NCBI GenBank assembly: GCA_951406725.2
Contig: OX597823.1
Coordinates: forward strand, 88,908,001-88,972,000
Reading direction: 5' to 3'
Length of the DNA: 64,000 nucleotides
Source of the DNA: Octopus vulgaris
Lineage: Eukaryota
Shown: positions 38,101 to 52,281 of the stretch, piece by piece
How positions within the stretch are numbered: position 1 is the first letter of the stretch
How the letters are laid out: each line of letters begins with the position of its first letter
Notes under the pieces: model-generated
Told to the model about the DNA's origin: nothing
What the model saw: the letters and a program-made list of their open reading frames with translations, nothing else
Databases searched by the model: none
Made by a program: the position numbers and the translations under genes

Positions 38101-40975
38101 CTGTTGGTTGCCCCTGTTTGTATCACGGAAGACTTGGATGTAAAGGGTCTTCTCACTCAGAACGGACTCTGTTCTACACAACCACACAACTAGTACGTGA
38201 AGAACATATGGCACAATATGGACACATTGTACTATTTTGATCGGATAAAAGACAACAAATCTACAGTTTTTCGAGACGTTTCTGAAAATCATAGAAAGAA
38301 ATTAAAACAAGGACATATTTGAAAACGTTAACATTCGATATCTCGTTATTGTTTCTAAAAACTTTGTACGTACATAGAGTTTTGGAAACTTTAGATTTAT
38401 TTAGAAACAATCACTTGAACGTAATTGTCTCGTGTTTTGTCTTAGTATTTCTTTTTCTTGGCAAAATTCGTCTGCGGTAATTACTAACTAGTTTTGCTGT
38501 TGTTGTTGTTGCAGTTTTTTCAATCATTAATGTTATAAATTTCATCATAACCGTATGGCAATACTAAAAACAGTGAGCAGTTTTGTGATTAATTACTTCC
38601 AACGTAAATGCTGCTAGCGATATAGCATAGTGAATAATGATATTATTCTCTTTTTAAATTGCACAATGTGAATTTGTAATTAAAAGTCTATTCTCTTGAT
38701 GATTCGATTATTATTAAATATGTCCGTGCCGGATAATCAATAGAACATAGCCAAAATTTTTAAATAAATACTGATCTAGCTATACAAGTGAATATTTCTT
38801 TTTGAGCCAAGGACCAACACCCAAAGCGACTGCTCGGTGTCGAATGAGAGCAGCCAATGTCTGTGATTTTAACCTCTTAAATAGGAAAACTATATACTGG
38901 AAATTCTGAATACGTTAGAAAATGCAAATATGTTTCCGAAGCTTGTGTTTGGGCCAACACTTACGTCGCAGATACATTATTTTTTCCAAATATGAAGAAC
39001 ATCAAACGCATCAAAAAAGCATTTCTCTGCGAGGGAAAGAAAATTTACTGAGCTCTGAGAAAAAGGGTTTTCAGAATACGCACATCAATACAATTAAACA
39101 GAATCTAAAGAGACCGGTGTGGGTGTGCATCGGCAAGACTTGTACTCATTAGTAAAATCGACAAAATGGTACAATCAGCTGGTAGCGGGGACTAGAAAAT
39201 TCAAGGTTTTGAACAGATGTCTTCAGGTAAAATTTGACAGGAATGGAATTAATAAGCCAGTTTTTCTAATGTAGTGGATATAAAAATTTGCTGTTTCTCT
39301 TTAATTCCACCCCTTTCCACCTTTCTCTGAACTCCATCCGTAACGTAATTCTCCCCCACCCTTCTCCATGGCAAGTTGACTGCACTCTTTATGTCTATTC
39401 CGCTAAATAATACAACCAAGCAAGTGTATGACCAAAATCTCCACATAATTACACAGCATTTCAGGAAATATGACGATACCAAAAGCAATTGAAACTATGA
39501 CATTAAGACTAAGTACCATTATTATCGCAATTCTCAGTGCATAGATCTTCAAAGAATGCAGATAAAATATCCGAAAATATTATACCATGAAAAATATATC
39601 TTGTAAAGTTAGTACTAGTGTTTTGAAATACAATAATACGGTATTACTGGCATAAACATTTATGAAAACAGGTTCTCAACACACCTGATACTTATGTCGC
39701 GGTTATACTGTGAATATCGTAAAACTAAAATACGACATAATATCTTACATAGCACAGCGCTGAGGATAAACAGACGTAGAAGGACTCTGTGGGTAAACAG
39801 ACAATATCCCGACGTAGAAGGACTCGCAAGTTTTGAAATTTTGCATGCAGTATATAGGTCTAAGAAGCCATATTTATACACTACGCTAAAAGTGACTATA
39901 CAACATTGCACATGGGAACAATTCAACATAGAAAACCACGCAAAAACCTAGTAACATATAAATGTGTGTCTATCTTGCTACAGGCAAACAAAAAGATATA
40001 TATAGACATATATGCATACAAATCTGTATGTATGTGTGTATGTGTATGTGCGTGCGTGCATGTGTGTGTGTGTGGTAGATGAATTGGGCAAATGTAGCAT
40101 GAAAAATAAATTTTAAAAAACTAGAACATATAGCAATAAAATTGCTAGACAAAAAGGCTTCATAACAAAATGTACCAGTTATTCATGTTAAGAAATAACC
40201 TACGTGAAGGGTATCCTACTTCCTGAACACACAAGTAGATAGATATATTTTATGTCAGTATGTTCTTGTTTGTGCTTGTGACTGTATGTGTGAGCGAGCA
40301 TGTGCGTTTATGTAAGAGAGACGTGTATGGGGAGTATGTGTGTGTATGTACGCGTGTATACCGTTCTTATCATACAAAAAGCGTTGGTGAGAAAATCGGA
40401 TTTTTTTATCTTCTGAGATAAAAATTTCAGAAAAATGTTTTTTAAAAATAAATCCCATTCGAAAGTGATTCAACTTCATTATGACACAAGCAGATTAAAT
40501 CTATGAGTATTTATTTACTGTTTATATTTCAGAAACACGTAGGTGTAAGAATCAATATCAGCAAACAGTACAGTACAGTGTATTAAATAAAGGAAACCTA
40601 ATTTGGATCCTATATATATATAACTTTTGTCATAAGTGTATTATGGCTATGTGGAGGAAGTGCATGAATGTGTAGTCTTGTGCGTATACGTGTGTGTGTG
40701 TGTGTGTGTGTCTACTTGCGTGTGTACGTAAGCGTATGCATGATAGGTTGTGCGTGCGCATCCATACATATGTTCTGTGGCCATTGTTGTGTGTGCGAGT
40801 GCGCGGCTAAGCCACCAGTTTTTCATGGGCTATGAACAACGTCCAGTGTCTATTACTGATAAAGCATAACAAGGCAGAGACACGCTTCCTACAGTTCTAT
40901 GACGTAATTCACAACCAAACTCGATGTTTTTTCACACGTTATCTAAAGCGAAAAAGTTACTTCGCAGAAAATTTT

Positions 40976-40976
<1 letters not shown>

Positions 40977-41030
<54 letters not shown>

Positions 41031-41058
41031 CAGCAGCAGCAGCAGTAGCAGCAGCAGC

Positions 41059-41124
<66 letters not shown>

Positions 41125-41155
41125 TGTTGTTGTTGTAGTAGTAGTAGTAGTAGTG

Positions 41156-41210
<55 letters not shown>

Positions 41211-41223
41211 CAGTAGTAGTAGT
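40977..41223. repeat. (TAG)n/(CAG)n/(TTG)n trinucleotide array
   Basis: Read directly. It explains the poly-V/S/T/Y ORFs in the track. Confidence 0.97.
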
Positions 41224-42019
41224 ATACACTAATATATTTGTTTGCAATAGTTCCGAGTTTGCGAACATTATCTCCCTTCTCCAGTCTCCTTTGGTTGTTT
41301 GTCGCAGTTGGTAACATCCTCAGAATTTCAAATCGAATCCTTTTCCTATGAAATCCATAGGAATTCATTGCTCCCGCAACGTTGTCCGTATCATTTGTGG
41401 AAGGAAAGGTAGGTCAACGATTCTCGTGGAAGAGTGTCAAAATAATAGATAAGCAACGCTAGCGAATCTGTCAGCACATATTCTTGTCTTTGGTAACCTC
41501 TTCACCACACCTAACGCAGGGATTAGCACCACATGGCATTCTTTAATTAATAACGAACGAACATTAAAACTCCGACTATGTAAAAGCATGGAAATAAATG
41601 AAGGTAGGTTAAATCTCCGAATTTCCATTACCTAATTGTCCTACGGGACAATTGGATAAAAGTGATTAATTTCCCAGTATTAAACGTGGTTAGTGTTCGT
41701 GCGTTTAATCCTTGAGTCAGTGAAATAATTTATGTTCCACTTCAAGCGGAAGAAACATGAGATAGCACAAATAGAAAGATACATCAAAGCAAATATCTTT
41801 GATATGGACAACAGAATAGGGATGATCAAACAACACTCTTCAATTTCATAAATTTGTCAGATTTCCCTAATACTCAAATAGTTACTTGATACGCAGATGC
41901 GTAAACAAATTTGCATGATCCAATGCCCGAAAAGTTCCGACTCCAATAAGGATGAGGGCACAAGTATCAATGTATCACAGCGCGTAATACGTAATAATTC
42001 ACTCCTCAGAAAAAGTATG

Positions 42020-42540
42020 TATATATATATATATATATAAAACTGTAGTTGTGTGAGTGTCTGTCCCCTTCGATTTAGATTCCTAACTACTCCCACATTT
42101 TGCGGTGCAGTTTAACCAAATTCGGGTATCTTATAGTTGTGATTCATATCGAGCCCGTCTGAGTATTAGCGCGCGTCTACGATGAGTCTACAATTTTAAA
42201 AATAATTTAACATCATTTTTTATTCCATTTTAATGCATAATTTTTCGTGTGTCGATGGCGGCGGAGTTGGCGTCCACGGTCACACCTGCACCTGTTTGCT
42301 TCTCCCCCTTCTTCCCTCCCTCGTGAAGCTGTGGGGAAGGGAGTGTAAGGAAATCAACGTCGTAAAGCGTTGTCAAGGAGACCAGCGTTCTTTTAGAACA
42401 ACGACTTCATGGCTTGAAGACACCAAAACAGAAATGGCTAAGAAAGCCCGAATTGGCATCTATAAGGGAAGTAACTCTCTAAAAATGCTTATATAGTTAT
42501 TTCCCTTACAAACCCGAGCAACGCCGGGCGATACTGCTAG
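42020..42540 (+). mobile_element. Non-autonomous Helitron
   Basis: 5' tatataaaactgtagttgtgtgagtgtctgtc and 3' cccgagcaacgccgggcgatactgCTAG|T. Embedded in (TA)n. Confidence 0.88.
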
Positions 42541-42578
<38 letters not shown>

Positions 42579-42580
<2 letters not shown>

Positions 42581-42820
42581 TGTAATCCCTCGATTATCGT
42601 GAGTGTTAGGTGCCAAAATCCCCTGAGATATGCGGAAACCCGCGAAGTAGAAACAGTAGTGTACTGAATATTATTTTTTATTATTTTGATAACTTGTATA
42701 AATGCAAAACAACACCGCGAAGGAATCGACCTAAGCTAAAATAATAAACTGCGATATATGAACCGCGGTAGGTGATCCGCGACAGGTGAACCGCGATGTG
42801 TGAACTGCAGTATGGCGAGG
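42579..42820. mobile_element. pogo/Tigger-type MITE, diverged
   Basis: Begins ta-ctgtaatccctcgattatcg (CAGT..CCTCG-type TIR). Repeated gaaccgcga subterminal motifs and a partial right end tatggcgagg. Confidence 0.6.
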
Positions 42821-43159
42821 TATATGTGTGTGTGTGTGTATTTAAGTATGTATGTATGTATGTATGTATGTATGTATGTATGTATGTATGTATGTATGTA
42901 TGTATGTATGTATATTAGCGAATAGATTGAGGATATAAACATTAAAATGATTATACTAGTAGCTAGCGTCTATAAGCCACCATATCGGTAAAATTAATTT
43001 TTAAATATATAATTAGAAATGCATAATTATAATTAATGGTGCTGGAAGGACAACGCCAATACGCGAGGGTAGAGAGCAAATGCCTACAAACCATTCTAAA
43101 TTTGTTCTCCATTTTGCACACGGCTGAATGCAAGGAAATAGACAAAAAGAGATTTTTTT

Positions 43160-43436
43160 TCTTTTAATTCTTTTATTTCTTTCAGTCATTTCACTGCGGC
43201 CATGCTGTAGCACTGCCTTTAGTCGAACAGCGAAGTCACGGGGACGTAAACACAGGCACAGACACAGAAACATAAACACACACACACATACACACACACT
43301 CACAACCAAATCCACTCACAAGGTCGGCCCGAGGCAATAGTAGAAGACACTTGCCCGAGCTGCCACGCAGTGGAACTGAACCCGGAACCATGTGATTGTT
43401 AAGCAAGATACTTACCACACAGCCACTCCTGCGCCT
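43160..43436 (-). mobile_element. SINE family 1 with internal deletions
   Basis: Both the head (ggcgcaggagtggctgtgtggtaag) and the tail (cagcatggccgcagt.aaatgactgaaa.aa.taaaaga) are present. Confidence 0.9.
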
Positions 43437-43676
43437 AAATTTAATAAATCTTTTTGTCCATGCAGCATGTGCAAAATGAACGAATTTGTAGGCATTTGAC
43501 ACCTACTTCCCGCGCCCTTAATTATAATTATATATTTATAATTATATACTTAAATATATATCAAATATAACGTGTCTTGAATGACACAACAACGCAGAGT
43601 GGACTGATGCCATCTACGTACCTGGTACATGTATATATGCATAGATATACATGTGTGTGTATATATATATATATAG

Positions 43677-43716
<40 letters not shown>

Positions 43717-43813
43717 CGGGAAGCTTTATGAAAAAAAAACAAAAGACGAAGGCAGGTGGTATACAAACAAACAATTGTATCAGTATGGCGCTCAGGAATA
43801 TAAATAAAACAAG

Positions 43814-43851
43814 TCTTTTACGTTTCGAGCCTACGCTCTTCAACAGAAAGA
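43814..43851 (-). ncRNA. Minimal hammerhead-like motif, family C (CTGTTGA core)
   Basis: Reads tcttt CTGTTGA a GAGC-gtag-GCTC GAAA cg TA aaaga, within a roughly 200-bp element (43715-43912) flanked by (TA)n. Confidence 0.6.
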
Positions 43852-43910
43852 TACACAGAAAAGAAACACGGAAAGAAACAAGGAGAGAAAAAAATGCGTA
43901 CAGAAGCTAG

Positions 43911-43962
<52 letters not shown>

Positions 43963-45379
43963 TCATGCATACGTAGATGAATTGATATGTATCCAGTAGT
44001 AATATTGTACATACTTCCAGGTTTACGTTCGAGCATCTGCCGTGTGTGAATATATAATTTTAAAAATTGGAGTCAACAAGAAGGGGTATAGTTGGATATT
44101 TACTTTTTAATCACTACAATTTTTTCCACGCAACGTAGTTCTCTAGGAGTGCATGTACTTGGTTATGCAACTATTTCCCTGCATTATGAAATCTAATTTT
44201 TTTAATTATATATATAAATATATATCTGCTCTCTTTCCTTGTCTCCCTTAAACAAGTTCCATACTCTAGACACTGTAACATAGCAAGACACATCTCTGAA
44301 CATTTATTATTGAGAGATTAGAAATTATAGGACACCTTATCACTAACTAACATTTATCAAATTTCAGTATTAATTTTACATAAGTATAGGAGCTAATAAT
44401 AAATGCAAATTATAATAAATGTTCATTGGAGTGCAACTAATAATTACTACGCTAAAGAACGTTTCTGCACAAATGTCTATAAATCGTTTATGAATTCCTC
44501 GAGCAAGATTCCTGATGTGAAACAGTGTGTTGAAACATTATATTTCGGGATTATCATTTTTTCTCTTTCATTTTTTTTCTTGCCAAATAAACACACGCAC
44601 CATATGTTCGTTACAGATTTATGACGAAAGATTTCCAGACAATAGACATACGATAAAATAATAAGAGTAAGAAACGAGTGAAGAATATATAATGCGTGTG
44701 TTTATTTGACAAAACAAGAAAAGAGAAAAATGGCCATCTCGAAATATAACAATATTTATAAATTGTGTTGGTGGAAAAACTCAAGGACATTTAGTTTCTG
44801 TACTGTTATTCAATACTTCATTACAGAATGCATTACTACCGTTATTTTTTTCTTTTTATTCCGAAACACGATATGTTTCCCATTAATCGTCTCAAGTTAA
44901 TCTCTTGTTTGTTTCACTCCACTTACTGTGGTAAAACTGTAACGTTTTCTGATTTAGATGTAAGTATACATACCATGGAGTATATCTAGCCTTGAGTGGT
45001 AAATAGCCGAAATATTGTGTCACAAACCAATCTTTCTAAATGTTTTGCCATAGTAGGACATAATCCTGAGAGCTAGAATAAACAACTAACATTATTTTCT
45101 TTAGTTCGATTGCGATCGATCACCACTCTACATATTCTTTATAAAGACTTCAGCGACTTAATCCCATGACTCCCTATTGGGTATATGTCATCGACTTCCC
45201 TCCGCTAGTCTCGTCTCTTGGGCAGTCCGGGTGGTCGGAGTGGAATTGGTGTAAGGGTTTCTGTTTGGACTTAAAAACCAACAACACTTTTTCTCGGTCT
45301 GTTGGTTTCGAACAGACATTCATGTTTCTGTAACTTTGCTTTCCTCCAGGAAGCAGTCTTTGCTCTTCACAAATCCAAT

Positions 45380-45540
45380 TTACCTATGAGAACAGGTGGT
45401 CCACATTAGTCGGTCCAATATCTTTTGACCTGCTAAAATTGGAGGCTGTGCCAAGAGCTTGTGCTCCACTGACATAGCTTTCACCTTCATTGATACACAC
45501 AAGCCACTTCGCTACAACAACGACTGGGTCTTGTGGTGAT
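45380..45540 (-). mobile_element. Possible RTE-clade LINE 5' region remnant
   Basis: ttagtcggtcc..tttgacctg..gctcc..acatagct..tcattg..cacacaagccac..acaac resembles reversed RTE 5' ends as I recall them. Confidence 0.35.
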
Positions 45541-46182
45541 ATTTATAAGGAACTTAAATCATGTTTATATGAAACATGATCCGATCCAACTATTAGTATA
45601 TTATCCCACTTTATTACGAACGCAATTATTACGTGGTCAAATGTCACGTAATAATTGGAAAATTTTCTAAAATATTGATTTTTTTTTTTTGAAAGTACAA
45701 ATGTGAGTAAGCTAATTTTTTGCTTTGAAATTCAACTCGGAACAACCTCACATTTTCGCTTGGCTCCGCTGGTTATGAGATTGAGCTCATGTTGTGATTA
45801 TTGCCTTTGGTGCGGTATGTCCGTGTATCTGGTGGCATTCGATCTCATTATAAATCTACATAACATTAGCTGCGTTTAACACAGCAAAAACAAGTTAATT
45901 GCATCTTTAAAATATAGATATTTGAGTATGTACAAGTCATTAGTATAGATCGCTAATCCGTAATAGTTGGTAAAGCTAGGTTAATGACCAGTGTCAAGTG
46001 TGAAGAAGCAAAATCTACTACGAAGCAGGTGGACACACTCAATACACTCAATACACCAGCCTAATTTTCTTGGTTTCTTATAGACATTAATATCGACTTC
46101 TGGAAGTTAAGTATTTATCTGAGAAACATGACAAATGAAGTATCTATCGATCTATCTATCTACACTACATATATATGTGTGC

Positions 46183-46233
<51 letters not shown>

Positions 46234-46899
46234 GGCAGAGATAGGGAGAGACAGAAAACAGTGAAGGAGGGAGGAGGAGAAAAAGGTAATTAGAGAAGAA
46301 CGGAGGAAGAAAGTAGTATAGAATAGAGAGTGGCATCAAAGGGTGAAGATAAACTTACTTGGAAATGGATGCGTCGCGTTCAATTAAACAAGTAATAATA
46401 AACGGTATATAATATAATATAATAAATACATATATATATATATATATATACACGCATACACACACACATGCATATATGCGTACAGGACGGCACCAACGGT
46501 ACAAATAACATGAAATATGTAAACAAACGATGGAAAAACGAATGAAATACATAAGCGAGAAAAAATGGAAAAGAGGACAAGTTAATACAGAGGAAGGACC
46601 CTTCATCAGTTGTTGCCTTATCATTTAATTGAACGGGATGCATCCATTTCCAAGTATGTGTGTGTGTGTATTTATGTATATATTTATCTATCAATCTATC
46701 TATATACACACCCACCCACATATACTAGCTTATATATGTATCTAGTCATGTTATTAAAATATGAACACAAGTACATATTAACCTGTTCATTTTAACAAAA
46801 AGATCACAGATGCTTCTTTATTATAATTCAAGATGTTCTAACAGTCACCATTACGCAAATTATGTTTTTTTTGGTGGGGGGATGATGCCAACATTTGTG

Positions 46900-47240
46900 A
46901 GAATTTGGGGCTAGTCGATACCTTTCACATCACAACTTTACTGAAATGATGACGGATAGAGGTGAGCTCAAGAAGATTTGAACACAGAACGTACAGACGG
47001 AACAAATAACGCAAAATATTTTTTCCGACTCCATAATGATTCCACCTCCTCACAGCCCTCGCTTTGTAAATATTGTTTTCATATCTTGTCACAATACTTA
47101 AATGGTGCTTATTGCATGGAGTCCGAAAGGATGAAACCAAAGTCGACCTCGGTGGAATTTGAACTCAGAATGTAAAGACGGACAAAACGCCTTTAAACAT
47201 TTTTCCCGACGTGCTAACTCTTCCGCCAGCTCACCACCCT
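46900..47240 (-). mobile_element. Two adjacent SINE family 2 copies (about 46900-47058, old; 47100-47240)
   Basis: The 47100-47240 minus strand reads ggtggtgagctggcggaagagttagcacgtcggg..tctgagttcaaattccaccgaggtcgactttggtttcatcctttcgg. Confidence 0.8.
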
Positions 47241-47789
47241 CGCTTCTGCAAACATTACTCGGTGATATATGGATTCAACGCCAGCAGGTGATGTAGCTCA
47301 TTGCAATTACTCTTTAAAATGTCATGCACTTGCGTTAAACAGAACCGTCAAGAATATTATTGATTAGCAATTCCTCAGTTTCATTGATAAGATAGGCAAT
47401 TATGACTCATGTTCATACTGCTCACTGAAGCAGGTTAGATTCTTTCATAGACATAATATGATCAATAGCTGTACAACTTTAATGTAACTGACGCCATTTG
47501 TAATTATGTTAACTTGATTAAAGTTTAATGATGGAAATTCTCTGCAGTAATAATATTTCATATAAACTTAGAGGAATACTGAAATTACAGAAATGGTACA
47601 GGGCCATGCTAAAGTATCAGCCATTAATTAGTTTCAGCTTATACGTTTTCATTTGAAGCTCTAATGTTGTTAAGAATGGTGTTCCTCTCTTCCAGAAAAC
47701 ATTAGGGACGACATCAATTCACTAATTCTTTTATTTGGACAACTTTTACAAATGAATTTTTTCGTTTCTTTCCTTTCTCCCAGTATGCT

Positions 47790-47820
<31 letters not shown>

Positions 47821-47883
47821 ATAGAGACAAAATATATATATATATATATATATGAATATATATATATATATATATATATATCC

Positions 47884-47896
47884 TGTCGTATATATG

Positions 47897-47927
<31 letters not shown>

Positions 47928-48105
47928 TTGTGTGTCTGTGTTTGTCCCCCTAGCATTGCTTGACAACCGATGCTGGTGTGTTTATGTCCCCGTCACCTAG
48001 CGGTTCGGCAAAAAGAGACCGATAGAATAAGTACTAACGGCGGTGCTCCAGCATGGCCGCAGTCAAATGACTGAAACAAGTAAAAGAGTAAAAGAGTAAA
48101 AGAGA
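47884..48105 (+). mobile_element. SINE family 1, 3' half
   Basis: Reads gtttgtccccctagcattgcttgacaaccgatgctggtg..gcaaaaagagaccgatagaataagtact..gactgaaacaagtaaaagagtaaaagag. Confidence 0.9.
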
Positions 48106-49314
48106 TATGCGTATATATATATATATATATACATACATACATACGTGCGTACATACATATAATACATATATGTGTATATATACATGCATATACACACACA
48201 TCAATAATTACGATGAACATAAGTTTCAATTATTAGTTCCTTTGGCTGTTTGTAGCCCTGCAATACATGTTCCAACTGCATTTGAATGCGTAACCGGAAC
48301 GGATCACCATGTATGTATATACTTACTGAGAACTATATACATACATGCATAAATACATATATATATATATATATACAAATATTTATACATATGTGTGTGT
48401 GTTTTTGTGCGTGCGTGATTGTGTGTGAGTGTGTGCGTGCGTGTGTTTGTGTGTGTGTAGGTGTGTATGAGAGAGAGAGACAGTGAGTGAGTGAGTGAGT
48501 GAGCGAGTGAATGAGTGAGTGAGTGAGTGAGTGAGTGAGTGAGTGAGTGAGTGAGTGAATCCTTATTGGAACAAAGAAAAAATCGGATCGCTCGCCCACA
48601 TCAGAGATTCTGATGATGCTGTGCAAATCGAAACTTCGGAGTCACCGTCACTTTTCCATCAGCCTATCTTGTAAGTATAAATAAACGCAAATCAAAGAAC
48701 TCAGGCTGAAATGATAGCAGTGCAGCTTGGAGATCATTCAGCAAAATTCGAACAAGATATTATTGCAAAACAAACTGTCTGTTATCGGCAACAAAGATAA
48801 CATTTTTAAAAATGTCTGTTCTTAATTATTTAATTTATCCTATTAACAATGCGTCTTATCATATTATAATTATTTTAATCATATTAGTACACAATCTATC
48901 AGGAATGAATTTTAAAGAATGTACTTTCGAATTGGTAGTTTTCCTCTGTGTCCAGGTCAGATATGTCAACTGAGATACTAGAGAAGCAAGATCATGAAAG
49001 AAATTCTAAAATATGTTAATATTGTTATTGTGGTAATTTATAGAAGAACGACGAATTTCAGAGTTGTATAAGGAAGGACTTTTCAGACATACAAGTATTA
49101 AACGATTAAAGACATATTCAATTAAATTTCAGCTATTTTCAGTATTAGGTTACAGTTTTAAATTTAATGAACATAACATAGAATTTTAATTACGTGGACA
49201 CTAAATGCAAGAATAATGATAAGATCTTCTACAGCACCTCACCTCATCTCTCGTCTCTCGTCTAGTCGTAAGTACAGGTCTTAGAAAGTTTTTAAGTTTC
49301 ATCCAACCACCAGC

Positions 49315-49935
49315 ACTACCACCACCATTTCTCTCTTACTGTTAAGACAAATGTAGGTAGACGATTTTTGCACTTAGATATCCACTTGCTTAGAATCCAT
49401 AGATACAATAAAATCTTCAACAAACACACAATAAAATTACCCTTTCTTGTCCTCCAAATGTTAAGTCGTATATCAAAAAGCAACGGATGTCTCAAACTTG
49501 ACCTGCATGCGCATATAGAAACAAATCTAAATGTCCCCTAGGACAAGAGTGCGATATATCTTCCGTTGATATTGAAGCATAGGTTTCAGCAAACTACGAT
49601 AATTGTCGTAGAGATATCAAACGTATATCGAGGAAGGAAAGTTTAATTCTAGATATAACAAACATCTTTCGAATTTTAGGTACCATGATAAGAGACGTTC
49701 AACAGCCCTCTCTACTTTAATCTGGAAACTTAAAGACGAAGGGACTAATTCCAATATCAAATAGAAAATCCTCTCTAAATCTCGACCCTAAATTAACGGG
49801 TCTAAAAAAATGTTCAGTGTTCCCTTGAAAAGCTGTATCAAAAAACTTAAGAACATCCAACGAATACAGAAATTCGAGGACCGAGGTATTTTCTGTACGT
49901 CCGCATCTCAAGAAATATATCTTGTCGGAATTTTC
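49315..49935 (+). pseudogene. Penelope-like element linker plus GIY-YIG remnant (different subgroup from 2910 and 62302)
   Basis: Frameshifted pieces read PPFSLTVKTNVGRRFLHL..HRYNKIFNKHTIKL, SCPPNVKSYI, KSKCPLGQEC and KFNSRYNKHLSNFRYHDKRRSTALSTLIWKLKDEG..IK*KIL. These match the PLE consensus NPP.S..VKTN.G..FL / KIFN..T.K / CPL...C / F..RY..H...F / T.LS..IW.LK. Confidence 0.8.
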
Positions 49936-51138
49936 AAGTAGACCACTGGACACTTAGTAAATCATTAACATCTGGTTTACGTCTGCTTGACTTCGAACTA
50001 GCGCATCGTTCGTCATCTTCCTTGTGGTTTTCGTTTTGTCTTCTTTACAAGCGTCTCTTGCTTAAACATTATCTTCTCGAAAGACAACTGACAAACTGTC
50101 TTGTTTATGTGTATGTATGTTTGTGTGTGTGTATGTGTATGTGTGTGTGTGTAAGTGTGTGTGTGTGAGTAAGTGTGTGCGGGTATTTGATTTCCTGCTT
50201 GTATTTAGTCTTCCACCACCGCTTCATCACACAACGAATTAAGTAGTAAGTCGATTTTTTCGAACAAACCCATCAAGGTAGAACCCCAGCGTGACAGCAG
50301 TCTAATATCTCGAACAAATAAAAAAGAAAGAAATTTTTCAAACCCCCTCTAAAAACGGAGATAAATAAAAAAAAATTAACAAATAAATAAATAAATATAA
50401 GTAAATACTGAGATATAGATTAAGTGATACACATTCAGATAGACTGCCAAACAGTTACTCAAAAGTCTATGGAACAGTAAGTGAATTTTTCAAAATAATC
50501 GTCTTCGTATTTTAGCTGACAAGGTTGCTCTAACAAGGAAAACTTGCTGAAAACCAACTCATTCTACTCGGATCAATTTTCAACTTCATTATTCGAACAC
50601 ACAAAAACTTTATGCGAAACCAATCTGATGAGAAATAGTCACTACAAAGTTTCATCCACCACATATCCAGATGCACCTTAATCGGATATAACGTTAATAA
50701 TTTCATAATACGCACTAATACACTTGCAGTGCGTCGGTAATGTACTTATATTTACAGTCCACTTCATATTTTTTAACGTTCCATTACTGTTACAAGAGGG
50801 ACACCTCTGAGACCACTATTCTAATACTCTTGACGTATCTGTCTGGCAATTTATATGCAAGTTTATACACTTATCTATGTCCTAGTATGTGCATCCGCAT
50901 AGCAAAATCAATCTATTTTTGAAGAGTGAATTTCAAAATAAGACGGTAGATTAAAACTTTTTGTTGTGTTGATAAAATTTTAAATTCTATTTAATATTGG
51001 AAATAGTTCAAAATTTAGAGAAAATAAATATTTAAGTATGTAATCCTATGTATGTGTATATATATATATATGCATATATATAAATATATATACACACACA
51101 CACTCACACACACTCACACACACATACACATATATATA

Positions 51139-51201
<63 letters not shown>

Positions 51202-51638
51202 CAAAGATTATTTGCCAACATGATGTGGCAGTCCCGGTTGTGATGAATGTTGCTGCTGTTTTAGCCCCACGAAACCTCATTTCCAGCTGGCAATACGACA
51301 AACATCTGTATCCATATATTTTCGAACAGAGAACTGGACTCCCCTGTTCGAAAATATAAGCCCGCGCGCGCACACACACACGTACTTGCATATATATATC
51401 ACGTTCAAGTACGTTTGAGTGTGTGAAGATCTTTCGGCGCGGAATAGTCAGGACAGAACATTCGCTTCTTAGACGACACATATATGTGTCTGTGTGTAAG
51501 TATTACGGTGACGTAAACCCACCAACAGCGGTCGTCAAGGTGTGATGAGGAAAATACAGACACAAAGACACATACACATAGATATCCATAATCACACACA
51601 CACTCACACACACACTCACACACACACTCACATACACA

Positions 51639-51728
<90 letters not shown>

Positions 51729-51933
51729 AAGTTTCGAAAGGAAAGAGGATACTCTTCCGCAGGGATGGATTTTATCGAAGCGTACACCTGTGTAGCTCCA
51801 TATCGATTAATTTACTTGGAATTCATTAATTTGTGCTAGTATTAGCGTTAACACTTATAAAGTACCAGTAGTCGTTATAGATGTTTTCATCCATTCGATA
51901 TAGGAGAACAGAATTTTAATAATATAATATAAG

Positions 51934-51966
51934 GAAAACGGAGAGTTTGATCACAGAAAAAAATCA

Positions 51967-52012
<46 letters not shown>

Positions 52013-52281
52013 GTTAATTTCGTATCACCTACGTATGTTTCAATTTCTTACCTTCATCCGTAACAAACACACAAATACATTCTGCTATTTCAGTTGGTAA
52101 GCAACACGCCATCCATTAGGATGGGAATAAATCGTTATCAATGTTTGCCCTGAAGAGATTTTTTACATTTTAAATCGCAAAATACCAATGAAGATAAGAA
52201 ATTTAAACGTACGTAGACGATATGAAATTGACTATTATATAAATAAATTGATTTTTTTCTATGTTCAAACTCTCCATTTTC
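51934..52281. mobile_element. Inverted pair of short elements with degenerate HHR (family E)
   Basis: 51934-52057, which contains an expanded (TA)n, is the reverse complement of 52188-52281. The two arms together imply ..ATGAAG.TAAGAAATT GAAACGTACGTA, with a palindromic stem III. Confidence 0.7.

Noticed and set aside
38922-39152. Possible Tc1 N-terminal HTH remnant (YIIFSKYEE..RGKENLLS..HINTIKQNLKR)
   Set aside because: Resemblance too loose, and no TIR or catalytic motifs found.
48605-48650. CTGATGA..GAAACTTCGGAGTC hammerhead-like string, also within a short ORF ending at a gtaagt donor-like site
   Set aside because: Core and stem III are present, but no stem I closes the motif and stem II is misregistered. 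The exon reading lacks an acceptor. Worth including in a cmsearch, but not called.
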